DNA of 64,000 bases from an uncultured Rhodospirillaceae bacterium (GCA_964404545.1 CAYOKN010000001.1:9669-73668); one strand, 5' to 3'. Shown: positions 47,205 to 56,509, numbered from the stretch's first letter. Notes: generated by a model from the sequence alone, not told the origin. Program-made: numbers and translations.

Positions 47205-48362
47205 TCAGAGGTCGGACAGCACGGTCAGACGGATGGAATGGGGAACCCCCAGCTCTCCCCGCAGCCGGGCCTCGATGGCGGGAAAATGATGGGCAGAACA
47301 GACGGCCAGAACGTCCACCGGATCCTCGGCCAACCCGGCCGGATCGCGAATGGGCGAAAGCCCCGGCAACCAGCATTGCCCGTGCTTGTAGGGGTCGCCA
47401 TCATAGAACCGGACCTGGCCAGCCACCCCGGCCAGAACCGCGAGTCCATAGCCGCCGGCATAGAGCCCAAGGCTCTGGCCCGCCTCGACCACCCGGCGCA
47501 GGGCCGCTGTCTGGGCGGCCAGCCGGGCCCGGGCGCGCAAGGCAAAATCGGCCAGCGCGGCCTCTTCGGCAGCCACCGCCTGGCCATCGGCCGCGGTGAC
47601 CGGGGCGCCGGGCTGGTGCCGTCCCCACAGGAACAGCTCGTTGCCCGCCGAGGTGGGCGCCGCGTCCACGGCGGCGAAACCCTGGTTCCGCAGGAACCGG
47701 GTGCCATTCAGCGCCGTGAAATAGTTCACATGCTCGTGGCACAGGCCGTCGATCAGGCCGCCATCGAAATAGAGCTGGCTGTTGGGCACGCTATGGAAAA
47801 ACAATCCGCCGGGCACGAGACAGGACCGGCAGGCCGCCAGGAAGCCCGGCAGGTCGACGATATGTTCCAGGCAGCCATAGGAGAAGATGCAGTCGAACGG
47901 AGCGTCGAACAGCCCCGGAGCCAAAGGTTGGCGCACCACCCGGATGCCGTAGGTCCGCTCGGCCTCGTCCGCCTGCGGCCCGATCTCGCATCCCACGACC
48001 TCGGCGCCCAGTTGCCGGACGGCGTCCAGCAGCGCTCCGCTGCCGCATCCCACCTCCAGGAAGCGGCGCCCGGCAAGGTCGGCGCCGAATACGGCCACCA
48101 GCTTGGTCAGCATCTCGGTCAAACGCTGCGCCGCCAAGGGACTGCGCCCCAACGGGGTCGACAGCATGCTGCCGGCGCCATACGCCTTGTCCAAGGCCGC
48201 GCTGATGACATCGGTGACTTCAAGCCGAGGCAGAGCCAGGCCATGGTCCACGGCCAGGACCAGGGGCAGATCGGCCGGCAAGCCCTTGTCGGACCCGGGC
48301 GGAATGACGCCGGTGAAGAAGGGAAAACGGTCGAACGACAGCCGCGCCGGCTCAGTCCCCAT
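47205..48362 (-). CDS. SAM-dependent methyltransferase with C-terminal sugar C-methyltransferase-type domain (TylC3-like architecture)
   Basis: 'FLEVGCGSGALLDAV' is SAM motif I. The C-terminal 'LGLYAGGYGLAVLAG...FYDGDPYKHGQCWLPGLSPIRDP' resembles the C-methyltransferase accessory domain. Confidence 0.7.
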   Translation of the reverse strand: MGTEPARLSFDRFPFFTGVIPPGSDKGLPADLPLVLAVDHGLALPRLEVTDVISAALDKAYGAGSMLSTPLGRSPLAAQRLTEMLTKLVAVFGADLAGRRFLEVGCGSGALLDAVRQLGAEVVGCEIGPQADEAERTYGIRVVRQPLAPGLFDAPFDCIFSYGCLEHIVDLPGFLAACRSCLVPGGLFFHSVPNSQLYFDGGLIDGLCHEHVNYFTALNGTRFLRNQGFAAVDAAPTSAGNELFLWGRHQPGAPVTAADGQAVAAEEAALADFALRARARLAAQTAALRRVVEAGQSLGLYAGGYGLAVLAGVAGQVRFYDGDPYKHGQCWLPGLSPIRDPAGLAEDPVDVLAVCSAHHFPAIEARLRGELGVPHSIRLTVLSDL

Positions 48363-49299
48363 GGTCGACGACCTCCAGATGATTGACCCAGCGGCGGGTC
48401 AGGCTGACCTGCCGGAAAGGCAGAAAGCCTTGGGCTGGCGCCGTGGACCGGCCCAGAAAGACGGCGATGGGATCAATACCCGCCGCCACGCCGACACAAA
48501 AGGTCGTGGAAATACGGGGATTGATCTCGAACGGCACGCACACGCCGCTTTCGGTGCGGATGAGCTGGATATTATAGCATCCGGCCGCCGGAACCGCGGC
48601 ATGGATCGCTGCGCAGGCGTCGATCACCCGTTGGTCTTGGTCCGTTCGGGCCTTCACCGTGATCCCGCGCTTCTGTCCGACCTTCACCGGCACCACGGCC
48701 TGCAGCCGGCTCGAGGCATCGGCGGCCATCATGACCGTGTATTCCTGGCCAACCAGCAGATCCTGCACCAGGATGCGGTCCGCCGCCTCGCCCTGCATCA
48801 GGCGATAGCCGTCCATTTGCGCCGCCGACTCCAGGACCAGAATGCCGCGCGAGCCTCGGCCCGAGCGAGGCTTCGAGAAACAGGGAGGCACCACCGCACC
48901 GGGATCGGCCAGGGTTCCGCTCCGGGGAGCCGGCAAACCCGTCTCGGCCAGCAGCCGCGCCATGCGCAGCTTGTCGAGCATCATGGCCACATAGTCTGCG
49001 TGGGGCAGCATGAGTCGGGTCGGCGCCAAGGCCTCCACCGAGGCCGCGAGGAGCGGCAATTCCTCGTCCACGGACGGGATCAGCACATCCACCTGCAGCC
49101 GTCGGCACAAGCCGCCTACCGCCTCGGCAAAGCCCGGGGCGAGGGCCATGGGGATGGCATGCCGGCGATCGGCAGGCACCAGCGGATCGATCGCGGCGGG
49201 GTCGGCGTCCGCGAAATGAATGTCGTACCGATCCCCCAGAAGACGCCAGATTGCCTCGGTCCCTGCGCCGCCTCCGCCCGTGAAAAGCAGCCGGTCCAT
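48352..49299 (-). CDS. ATP-grasp-fold ligase
   Basis: 315 aa. 'CFSKPRSGRGSRGILVL' and 'LVQDLLVGQEYTVMM...CYNIQLI...PFEINPR' fit the ATP-grasp B/C-domain pattern. Confidence 0.75.
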   Translation of the reverse strand: MDRLLFTGGGGAGTEAIWRLLGDRYDIHFADADPAAIDPLVPADRRHAIPMALAPGFAEAVGGLCRRLQVDVLIPSVDEELPLLAASVEALAPTRLMLPHADYVAMMLDKLRMARLLAETGLPAPRSGTLADPGAVVPPCFSKPRSGRGSRGILVLESAAQMDGYRLMQGEAADRILVQDLLVGQEYTVMMAADASSRLQAVVPVKVGQKRGITVKARTDQDQRVIDACAAIHAAVPAAGCYNIQLIRTESGVCVPFEINPRISTTFCVGVAAGIDPIAVFLGRSTAPAQGFLPFRQVSLTRRWVNHLEVVDHGD

Positions 49300-49302
49300 G
49301 CT

Positions 49303-51039
49303 CTAGCGCGCCGCCAGACGATAGCCGCCGATATACAGAACCTCGATATTGCCGCGCAGCAGGCTGCCGATGGCATCCGCCGGCGAGCAGACGATGGGTT
49401 CCTCGTGCTGGTTGAAGGAGGTGTTGATGAGGGCCTTGTCGCCCGAGCGGTCGCAATAGCGCCGCACCACGCGGTAATAATCGCCGTTCCGCTCTTCCGT
49501 CACGGTCTGCGGCCGGGCCGTGCCGTCGATATGCACCACGGCCGGGTGCCGCTCGGCGAAAGCGGGGGTGCAGGCATAGGTCCGGGTCATGAACGGCGAA
49601 CACAAGTCACCGGCCTGCCAACCGATGAAGCTTTCGGCCGCGAACTCCTCGGGAACCACGGGGGCGAAGGGCATGAACTCGGTGCGATGCAGCTTCTTGT
49701 TCAGCCAGTCATTCATGCTGGCGTCGCGGGTATGCACCAGGATCGAGCGGGCGCCCAGTGCCCGCGGGCCGAATTCCATGCGACCGTCGAAGAAGCCGAC
49801 AATGCGCTGTTCCACCAGATCTTCCACCGCGGCCCCCACCCAATCGGCGGGCCGGTGCACGTCCAGAGCGTCGCCCGCGCGCACGACCTCGGCGGCCACC
49901 TCGTCCACTTCGAAGGACGGCCCCAGATAGATCCCGGGGAACTGAACCTTGGTGCGCCCCTCGGACTCCGCCATGTGACAGCAGGCCGCACCCACGGCCA
50001 AGCCGCCATCGCCCATATGCGGGAACACGAAGACCCGGCGCACGCCGGGGATCTCGGCCACCAGCTGATTAACCCGCACATTGGCGCAAACGCCGCCGGC
50101 CAGGCAGACATCAACCGGCCCACCGCCCCGCTTGCCCACCCAATGCGCCACATAGGCCGTCACCAGGCGTTCGGTATGGGCCTGTACGCCGGCCGCGATG
50201 TCCTCGCGGCTGAACCGCGACAGCTCGGCTCGCAGGTCGTCGCCCTGATTGGTATAGAAGGGCTTGTAGAAGCCCAGATTGGCAACGAACCGGCCCTCTT
50301 CCCATTTGATCATGCGCTCGAACAGGGAACGGGTGGCCTCGGGGTCGCCATGGGCGGCCAAGCCGGTGACCTTGCCCTCGTGGCGGTGCGGCGTGAAGCC
50401 CAGAAAATGGGTAATCTGCCCATAGAGAAAGCCCAGGCTGTCGAAGGACAACATGTAGTCGAGCTCGGTCAGGCCACCATCGATCGACGCGTGAGAAACC
50501 GTGGAAGATTTCAGGTCGCCACGCCCGTCGAAGGTGAATACCAACGCTTGGTCGAAGGGAGAGCAGGCAAAGGCTCCCCAGGCATGGGAGGCATGATGAT
50601 CGAGAAAGAAGATCCGCTCGGACGGCATGCCCAGGGCGGCCATTTCCGCCTCGAACTGAGCCCGGGTTTCACTGTCACGATCGAACTCGGTGCTGACGCG
50701 CTGGCGAATGATCTCACCACAGCCAGGGTCCCGTGCCATGGCCAGGGTGACGCGCTCGGTCAGGCGCTTGGCATAGTCGGCATAGTCGGTCCGCCGGCCG
50801 TACCAGCCATAGGCGACAGCCCCGACATCCTGGAGCGTCAAGCCATGACGATCCAGCACATGGGCCAAGGCCTTGTGCGGGAATCCCTTCTGCATCTTGA
50901 CCCGTGACAGCCGCTCTTCATTGATCGCATCCAGCAGCTGGCCGTCGCGGAACAGGCAGACCCCGCTATCCTCGTCGTTGTGGATGCCGATGATGTACAT
51001 AAAGGGGCTGTCCTCGAAGTTCCGGATCGGATGATCCAT
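49303..51039 (-). CDS. NodU/CmcH-family carbamoyltransferase
   Basis: 'MYIIGIHNDEDSGVCLFRDGQLLDAINEERLSRVK' is a NodU-type N-terminus, and 'NTSFNQHEEPIVCSPADA' a NodU-type C-terminus. The start is the ATG at 51039 (1-nt overlap with the pseG stop) or the ATG at 51000. Confidence 0.88.
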   Translation of the reverse strand: MDHPIRNFEDSPFMYIIGIHNDEDSGVCLFRDGQLLDAINEERLSRVKMQKGFPHKALAHVLDRHGLTLQDVGAVAYGWYGRRTDYADYAKRLTERVTLAMARDPGCGEIIRQRVSTEFDRDSETRAQFEAEMAALGMPSERIFFLDHHASHAWGAFACSPFDQALVFTFDGRGDLKSSTVSHASIDGGLTELDYMLSFDSLGFLYGQITHFLGFTPHRHEGKVTGLAAHGDPEATRSLFERMIKWEEGRFVANLGFYKPFYTNQGDDLRAELSRFSREDIAAGVQAHTERLVTAYVAHWVGKRGGGPVDVCLAGGVCANVRVNQLVAEIPGVRRVFVFPHMGDGGLAVGAACCHMAESEGRTKVQFPGIYLGPSFEVDEVAAEVVRAGDALDVHRPADWVGAAVEDLVEQRIVGFFDGRMEFGPRALGARSILVHTRDASMNDWLNKKLHRTEFMPFAPVVPEEFAAESFIGWQAGDLCSPFMTRTYACTPAFAERHPAVVHIDGTARPQTVTEERNGDYYRVVRRYCDRSGDKALINTSFNQHEEPIVCSPADAIGSLLRGNIEVLYIGGYRLAAR

Positions 51040-52076
51040 CAGAAAAGGCCAAGGCGGCCGATTGCCGCCAGGACGCGGTGGACGCCGCGCCCGTCACACA
51101 GGTCCGACGCGGCCTGCGCCATGGCATACCGCCATTTGGGGTCCTGGGCAAGCGTCGACAGGCCTTGGGCCACGGCCTCGACCGACAGCTCGTCATGGCG
51201 GCCCAGGACCAAGGCCGCGCCGGCCTGGTCCAGGCACCGGATCCCGCCAAGCTGGTTATCCGCAACGCTGATCACGGCGGTCGGCAGTCCCAGGCAGCAG
51301 CGCTCCCACGAGGTCGATCCGCCTGCGCCCACGGCCAGGTCCGCCTCGGCCATGCGCTCGGCCACCCGGCCATCATCGAGATGAAGGTCGACCGGCAGGT
51401 CGAGACCCGGCAGCATGGCCCGAACCCGTTCGAGATGCGGCGCCCCCGACCCCAGAAGAACCGCCACCCTCTGCAGATCCGGCCAGCGGCAGTGCTCCAG
51501 CGCGCGCAGCACCTTTTCCGTCTGGTTGCTGGGATCGGTCAATCCCATGCTGACCAGGACCTGTCGCGCCGCGCCAGGGGTCCGGCGCCGCAGGGTGGCC
51601 TCGCGCAGGTCCCGGAAGTCTCGCCGCAAGAGGGCGTGAGACGGTCCCGAGAGGACCGTGGCGGTCTTGGGCACCAGCCCGGCATAGGCCTGCGCGCCAT
51701 CCAGCCGGTTCTGGTCCAACAGCAGGTCGCAATGGTGGGGGCGGTCGGCAAGGTCATCCACCACCAGGATGGTCCCCGCCCAAGGAGCGCAAGCCCTTTC
51801 AAAGGCCGCGTCCAGGCCATAATGATCGACCACCAGCAGGTCGCATCCGCCCGCGCCCAGATCGCGCATGTGGTCGGGCCGGATGGCGTCCAGTTCCACC
51901 ACGCGGTGCCGCCCCAGCGCAGGAACCACGGCCAGGGCGCCCGGAGCGGAAATGAAAATGCAGGACCAGCCGTCCGCCGCAAGCTGGTCGGCCAGCACAA
52001 GGCAGCGCATGGCGTGGCCGCCGCCGATGGCCGGAGTGGCATCCAGGCGAAAGATTGCCTGCTTGCGGTCGGTCAT
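51039..52076 (-). CDS. pseG: UDP-2,4-diacetamido-2,4,6-trideoxy-beta-L-altropyranose hydrolase
   Basis: 'AIFRLDATPAIGGGHAMRCLVLADQL' and 'ADLAVGAGGSTSWERCCLGLPT' fit the PseG (GT28-like hydrolase) pattern. Confidence 0.85.
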   Translation of the reverse strand: MTDRKQAIFRLDATPAIGGGHAMRCLVLADQLAADGWSCIFISAPGALAVVPALGRHRVVELDAIRPDHMRDLGAGGCDLLVVDHYGLDAAFERACAPWAGTILVVDDLADRPHHCDLLLDQNRLDGAQAYAGLVPKTATVLSGPSHALLRRDFRDLREATLRRRTPGAARQVLVSMGLTDPSNQTEKVLRALEHCRWPDLQRVAVLLGSGAPHLERVRAMLPGLDLPVDLHLDDGRVAERMAEADLAVGAGGSTSWERCCLGLPTAVISVADNQLGGIRCLDQAGAALVLGRHDELSVEAVAQGLSTLAQDPKWRYAMAQAASDLCDGRGVHRVLAAIGRLGLF

Positions 52077-52114
52077 GGTTACCTGCCGTGACTGCCCATT
52101 GATGGAGTCGCCCC

Positions 52115-52378
52115 ATGCCGCCTGGCTGGATCACCCTGGCCGATGCCCAAGCCCGCCATCCGAACCTGCTCGCCGACCTGGCCGCCGGACAATGCGAAGC
52201 AGCCTTGCTGCTGGAAAACGGCGCCCTGGAACCCCTGCCACCCCGCTTCTGGAGTGGCCCGAAGGCGGCAGCGGCCCTGCACAGCGGGCGGGCCTCCACC
52301 CTGGCCCGCTTTGCCGTCTCGGCACTCGACCTGCGGCTGGTGGAAGGTCCGGTGCTGGTTCGCGATCACCCGGAATAA
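52115..52378 (+). CDS. Small hypothetical protein (87 aa)
   Basis: It exactly fills an otherwise unexplained 290-bp gap. Reading the codons by eye, most third positions are G/C. GGAG lies 7 nt before the ATG. The composition is Ala/Leu-rich, unlike the Arg/Gly-rich shadow frames. No family recognised. Confidence 0.45.
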   Translation: MPPGWITLADAQARHPNLLADLAAGQCEAALLLENGALEPLPPRFWSGPKAAAALHSGRASTLARFAVSALDLRLVEGPVLVRDHPE

Positions 52379-54516
52379 TGCCAGTTTGAGCCGGTGAACT
52401 GATAGAACCGCGGGAGGCGACCGGCTGCCCGCATCGCAGTGTCGTCGAACGACTCACCCCGCACCGGGGCACGCCACAAGGTATTGATGTTGATCCGGTT
52501 CAAGGCCTTGCCCATGCCCAGATCGTTGTGGCCGAAATGGTCGAGGGCGTCCTCGACCAGGCGGAATTGTTCGCCCGTCAGCATGAACCGGAACCGCTGC
52601 TTTTCCGGCAGCCGGAAGCCCTCGAGCGGCCCTTCCGCAGGATCACCGATCCATCCGGCGAAATCATAGCTGAGATCGGCCTCGGGGATTTCCTCGAGGC
52701 GGCTCTTGCCCAACAGGTTATGAATCCGCCCGCGGCAGAACACTTCAACCTCGCGCAGCAGAGCCGCCGTCGGTTCGTCGAGACGCTCGTCCAGCATGGC
52801 ATGCACGTGATGGAAAACGAAGCGCGCCAGGTCGTCGAAACAATGCGCATAGACGCGCGCCCGATAGGTCTGGATCAGGTTCGCGCCGAAACGGCCATCC
52901 AGCAGCCCGGCGAAATTGTCTTCGTCCTGGAAGAAGGCCTGAAGGTCCTCGGGGTTGTCCCACAGTTCGTCGCGAGTTTCGCGCACGAATTCGCGCACGG
53001 TCTTGACCACGCTGACCGGCGCCTGGGGCCCGTCCTCGCCGTCCCCCGCCTCATTGATGGCATCCACCAGCCGCAGCAGCAGATCCACCACCTTGAAGTC
53101 ATTGCGGATCAGGAACTTGAGCAGAGCCCGGAAGCCGATATTGTTCACCACCGACACCATCAGGGCGACCTTGCGGCATTCCATGTAGTCATCGAAGGAC
53201 AGGGTATTGCTGCCAACGACCACTTCTTCGACCTCGACCACGGTTTCGCCGTTCCGCAACCGGGTGAAGTCCCGGGGAAGCACGCGGAACTTGGTCTGGT
53301 AGCCCCATTTGGCCCGCTGCTCGGGCGTGGCAAGCTCGGAACCGTTCAGAAGCATCAGGGTGTAGGGCACCACGATGTCCATCTCGGCATTGATCAGATT
53401 GCTCAGGCTCTCCAGGTGGGACTGCTTGGTCTCGCCCGGCAGGCCCAGGATAATCTCGGAGACGGTGGGGAGCTTGGCCTGCTTGATGGCGGGCTTCAAA
53501 TCCAGGAAGTCGGCCAGCTTGATGTTGTCGCGCTTGATGTTGCTCAAGACCTCGGGGGTCATGGACTGGACCGACATGGTCAGGCCCAAGGTGCCTTCGA
53601 GCTGCTTCACCGCGCGGATCACGCGCTCCTTCGAATTCTTGCCGGTGGTGGAGTCGACGAACTGCGGAAAACCGCTGGCGGCGCGGCACTGCGCCAAGGT
53701 TGCGGCAATCACCTCGTCACGCTTGTACATGCCGAAATTCAGGTCGCTGATGAACAGGGAATGCACGTTCTTCGGCACCCGGCCGGCGATGTAGCGGATC
53801 TCCTCCAGCACCCGGTCCAGCGAAAACTCGGTCACCTTGCTGACCAGCTTGGTTCCGTCCGCGCAGAAGGTGCACTGGAACGGGCAGCCGCGATTGGTCT
53901 GGATCATCGGGCTGAGGCGGCCATCGAAGAACGGTTCGAGCAGGCCCATCTGGTAGGGTGACGGGATTTCATCCAGATCACGCAAACGCGCGGCCACGGG
54001 CGGCGCCAGCAGCCCGCCGGCATGGCTCTGCTGGGCGACGCCATCCAGGGGCCGGGTCCGCAGGACTTCCCGAGCCTCGTTCAGGTCAGCCGCATCCAGG
54101 GCGACCTGGATGATGTTGGCAAACCCCAGCTCGCCATCCAGATAGACATGGGCATCCACCAGGGGGCGCTCGCGCAGGAAACGGTCCTGGCTGGGATTGT
54201 CATGGGGGAAGTTGGGGCCGCCAAGGATGCGCAGGGCGTCGGGACGGACCTTTTCCAGCATGCGGAACATGGCCAGGTCCACATTGTGGCACCAGGGGTA
54301 ATTGCTGAGACCCAGCAGATCGGGCGGCGACTGCTCGATGGCCTTTTCCAGGTCATCGATGTATTTGAAGAGCGTCAGCTCGATCCGGTCGCCGAAAATC
54401 TTTTTGCTGTAGGCCCCGACCAGGCCGATGTTGAGCGGGAAGACCTCGGTGGCGAGACCGATGGTTGCGTGGGTCAGATCGCCCAAAAAAACTCGCAGCA
54501 CTTCACACTCCTGCAT
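52366..54516 (-). CDS. Large B12-binding-domain radical SAM enzyme (716 aa)
   Basis: 'RNRGCPFQCTFCADG' carries CxxxCxxC. The N-terminal 'LLGLSNYPWCHNVDLAMFRMLEKVRPDALRILGGPN' looks like a cobalamin-binding domain. I prefer the ATG at 54516 over the TTG at 54579. Confidence 0.85.
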   Translation of the reverse strand: MQECEVLRVFLGDLTHATIGLATEVFPLNIGLVGAYSKKIFGDRIELTLFKYIDDLEKAIEQSPPDLLGLSNYPWCHNVDLAMFRMLEKVRPDALRILGGPNFPHDNPSQDRFLRERPLVDAHVYLDGELGFANIIQVALDAADLNEAREVLRTRPLDGVAQQSHAGGLLAPPVAARLRDLDEIPSPYQMGLLEPFFDGRLSPMIQTNRGCPFQCTFCADGTKLVSKVTEFSLDRVLEEIRYIAGRVPKNVHSLFISDLNFGMYKRDEVIAATLAQCRAASGFPQFVDSTTGKNSKERVIRAVKQLEGTLGLTMSVQSMTPEVLSNIKRDNIKLADFLDLKPAIKQAKLPTVSEIILGLPGETKQSHLESLSNLINAEMDIVVPYTLMLLNGSELATPEQRAKWGYQTKFRVLPRDFTRLRNGETVVEVEEVVVGSNTLSFDDYMECRKVALMVSVVNNIGFRALLKFLIRNDFKVVDLLLRLVDAINEAGDGEDGPQAPVSVVKTVREFVRETRDELWDNPEDLQAFFQDEDNFAGLLDGRFGANLIQTYRARVYAHCFDDLARFVFHHVHAMLDERLDEPTAALLREVEVFCRGRIHNLLGKSRLEEIPEADLSYDFAGWIGDPAEGPLEGFRLPEKQRFRFMLTGEQFRLVEDALDHFGHNDLGMGKALNRININTLWRAPVRGESFDDTAMRAAGRLPRFYQFTGSNWHYSG

Positions 54517-54614
54517 CACCCTTCCCACCTCGCCCGGCGGGTCAGCGACAAAGTATTGCGTTTGGATCGACAAACGCAAGAATGATGCTCCCTTCTCGGC
54601 TTTCGGAGGTTAGC
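54517..54614. promoter_or_regulatory. Divergent promoter region (radical SAM gene leftward, FkbM methyltransferase rightward)
   Basis: 98-bp gap. A strong RBS (GGAGG plus 5 nt) precedes the GTG at 54615. Confidence 0.45.
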
Positions 54615-55616
54615 GTGCCGGTAGACAAGATAACGCGGCTGATGAATGGTCGGGCCGTCTTCGTGGATGTGGGAGCACGAGGCGGCCTGCCCGGACATTG
54701 GACGCAGGCCGGCTCCGCCCTGCAGGTGGTGGCGTTCGAGGCAGACCCGACGGCCGCCCAGGCCCTGCGCGCCCTTTACGAACAGGCGGGCGCTCGGGCC
54801 GACGTGGTCGACGATGCCGTGTGGAACCAGGAAGGGGCCTTGCAGTTCCATATCACCCGCAAGGGCGGCTGTTCATCGGTGCTTGAACCCAACCGTGACG
54901 TGCTGGACCATTTTCCCGATGCCGCACGTTTCGACGTGATGTCGGTTCTGGACTGCCGCTGCACCACCATGGACGCCGTCATGGCTCGACTGGGCGCCAG
55001 ACCCGACATCCTGAAGATCGATGCCCAGGGCGGGGCATTGCCGGTCCTGCAAGGGGCGCATGCCTGCCTGCAGTCAGCCGTCTGCGCCGAGATCGAATGC
55101 GAGTTCACGCCCCTGTACAAAGGCCAGGCCCTGTTCGGCGAGGTCTGCGCGCACATGGCGGAACGCGGTTTCGACCTGATCGACATCAACCCCTTTCACT
55201 GGCGCCGGGCCGAGGGCAAGGCGGTGGCCGGGGCCAAAGGTCAGCTGATGTTCTGCGACGCCCTGTTCCTGCTGTCGCCCGAGTCGCTGGCTGATCGCCT
55301 TACCGCCCTGGACGAGGCGGATCGCCATCACACCATCCTGACGGCCCTGCTCGCCTGTGCGGTCCATGGGCTGGACGACCTGTTCCTGGCCTATTGCGGC
55401 AAGGCCGGCACCGGGCCCTGGGGGGAAGTCGCGGAGTCTTTGCGGATCGGTGGCCGCGTGGCATCGCTGCCGGACTTTCCCGGACGCAGCAGCCTGGGAA
55501 CCATCCTCAAGGACCTGGGCGACCAGTTGCTGCGCAGCAAGGGCGGATGGGGCTATTCCGAGAGCACTCTTGGGGGCCGAGTGAGGCATCCGCGCTCGCG
55601 GCTGTTCCAGCGTTAG
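54615..55616 (+). CDS. FkbM-family SAM-dependent methyltransferase
   Basis: 'VFVDVGARGGLPGHW' and 'ILKIDAQGGALPVLQGA...AEIECEF' are Methyltransf_21/FkbM signatures. The start is set at the in-frame GTG at 54615; ATGs at 54582 and 54642 are alternatives. Confidence 0.8.
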   Translation: MPVDKITRLMNGRAVFVDVGARGGLPGHWTQAGSALQVVAFEADPTAAQALRALYEQAGARADVVDDAVWNQEGALQFHITRKGGCSSVLEPNRDVLDHFPDAARFDVMSVLDCRCTTMDAVMARLGARPDILKIDAQGGALPVLQGAHACLQSAVCAEIECEFTPLYKGQALFGEVCAHMAERGFDLIDINPFHWRRAEGKAVAGAKGQLMFCDALFLLSPESLADRLTALDEADRHHTILTALLACAVHGLDDLFLAYCGKAGTGPWGEVAESLRIGGRVASLPDFPGRSSLGTILKDLGDQLLRSKGGWGYSESTLGGRVRHPRSRLFQR

Positions 55617-56509
55617 CGTCCCCGGCGACCCACCAGACTGGCCGCCAGGGCCAAGGGACGCCGCGTAAGCTGCTCAGCCAACAGGCGGGCGGCCGCGGCA
55701 ACCCGGCCGGCGCGCCACAGATTGAGGGCATGGCGCAGGGCTGACCGACAGAGCGCCCTGGCCCCGGACCGGGCTGCGGCGGGGGAAAGACCGGGCAGCG
55801 ATTGCGCCTTCAGCGCCAAGGCCAGGGTCTCGCCGCTGCGGGCCAGGGCGACGGAAGGCTGCACCGAGGTCTGGCCACCATGCTGGCGAATGGCCATCAA
55901 GGGCAGGTCGATCATGGCCAGGCGCCATCCGGCCGAGATCAGCGCCAACTGCAGGGCGAAATCACAGCCATAGGTGAAGCGGGTATCGTATCCGCCCACC
56001 GCCTCGGCAGCGGCCCGGCGCACCATGAGGGTGGAATGGGCGACCGGATTGCCCGAGGCGAAGGCGTCCACCAGGCCTTGATGCGTCACCGGCGGACGGC
56101 CGGCGCCGATCACCCGTCCATCCGCATCGATCAGGTCGAACCAACTCCCGACGGCGCCAAGGTCGTCCTGCCGATCCAGCAGGTCTGCCAGACGCTCCAG
56201 GCGGTCAGGTGCCGGGACGTCATCTCCGTCATTGACGGCGAAATACTTGCCGGTGGCAGCCTCATAGGCCCTGCGGATCCCACTGGCAAAGGTGCCGTGG
56301 GACGCCGGATCCACATCCACCAGACGGAAGTTGGGATGCCGGATTGCCCGCAGCATCTCCCCGGTACCGTCGGTGGAGCCGTTATTGACGATCACCAACT
56401 CGTAATCGCCGAGGCTCTGCGCCAGCAGCGCATCCAGGGTCGGTTGCAGAAACCTTTCGCCGTTGTAAACGGTCATGATCACGCTGACCCGAGGCCGGCA
56501 CTCCGTCAC
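55613..56509 (-). CDS. Glycosyltransferase family 2
   Basis: 'VSVIMTVYNGERFLQPTLDALLAQSL' and 'NDGDDVPAPDRLERL' (DxD) are present. The GTG start overlaps the upstream stop (GTGA, 56506-56509). Confidence 0.88.
   Translation of the reverse strand: MTECRPRVSVIMTVYNGERFLQPTLDALLAQSLGDYELVIVNNGSTDGTGEMLRAIRHPNFRLVDVDPASHGTFASGIRRAYEAATGKYFAVNDGDDVPAPDRLERLADLLDRQDDLGAVGSWFDLIDADGRVIGAGRPPVTHQGLVDAFASGNPVAHSTLMVRRAAAEAVGGYDTRFTYGCDFALQLALISAGWRLAMIDLPLMAIRQHGGQTSVQPSVALARSGETLALALKAQSLPGLSPAAARSGARALCRSALRHALNLWRAGRVAAAARLLAEQLTRRPLALAASLVGRRGR

Noticed and set aside
48103-50907. 934-aa plus-strand ORF. Similar long shadow ORFs occur at 40592-42937, 21553-23814, 13673-15463, 1777-3420, 18800-20251 and 6952-8280.
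   Set aside because: The argument is the same as above. Each lies antisense to genes with strong motifs (carbamoyltransferase, ATP-grasp, PseB, FkbH and others). Each has low-complexity Arg/Gly/His/Gln-rich translations.
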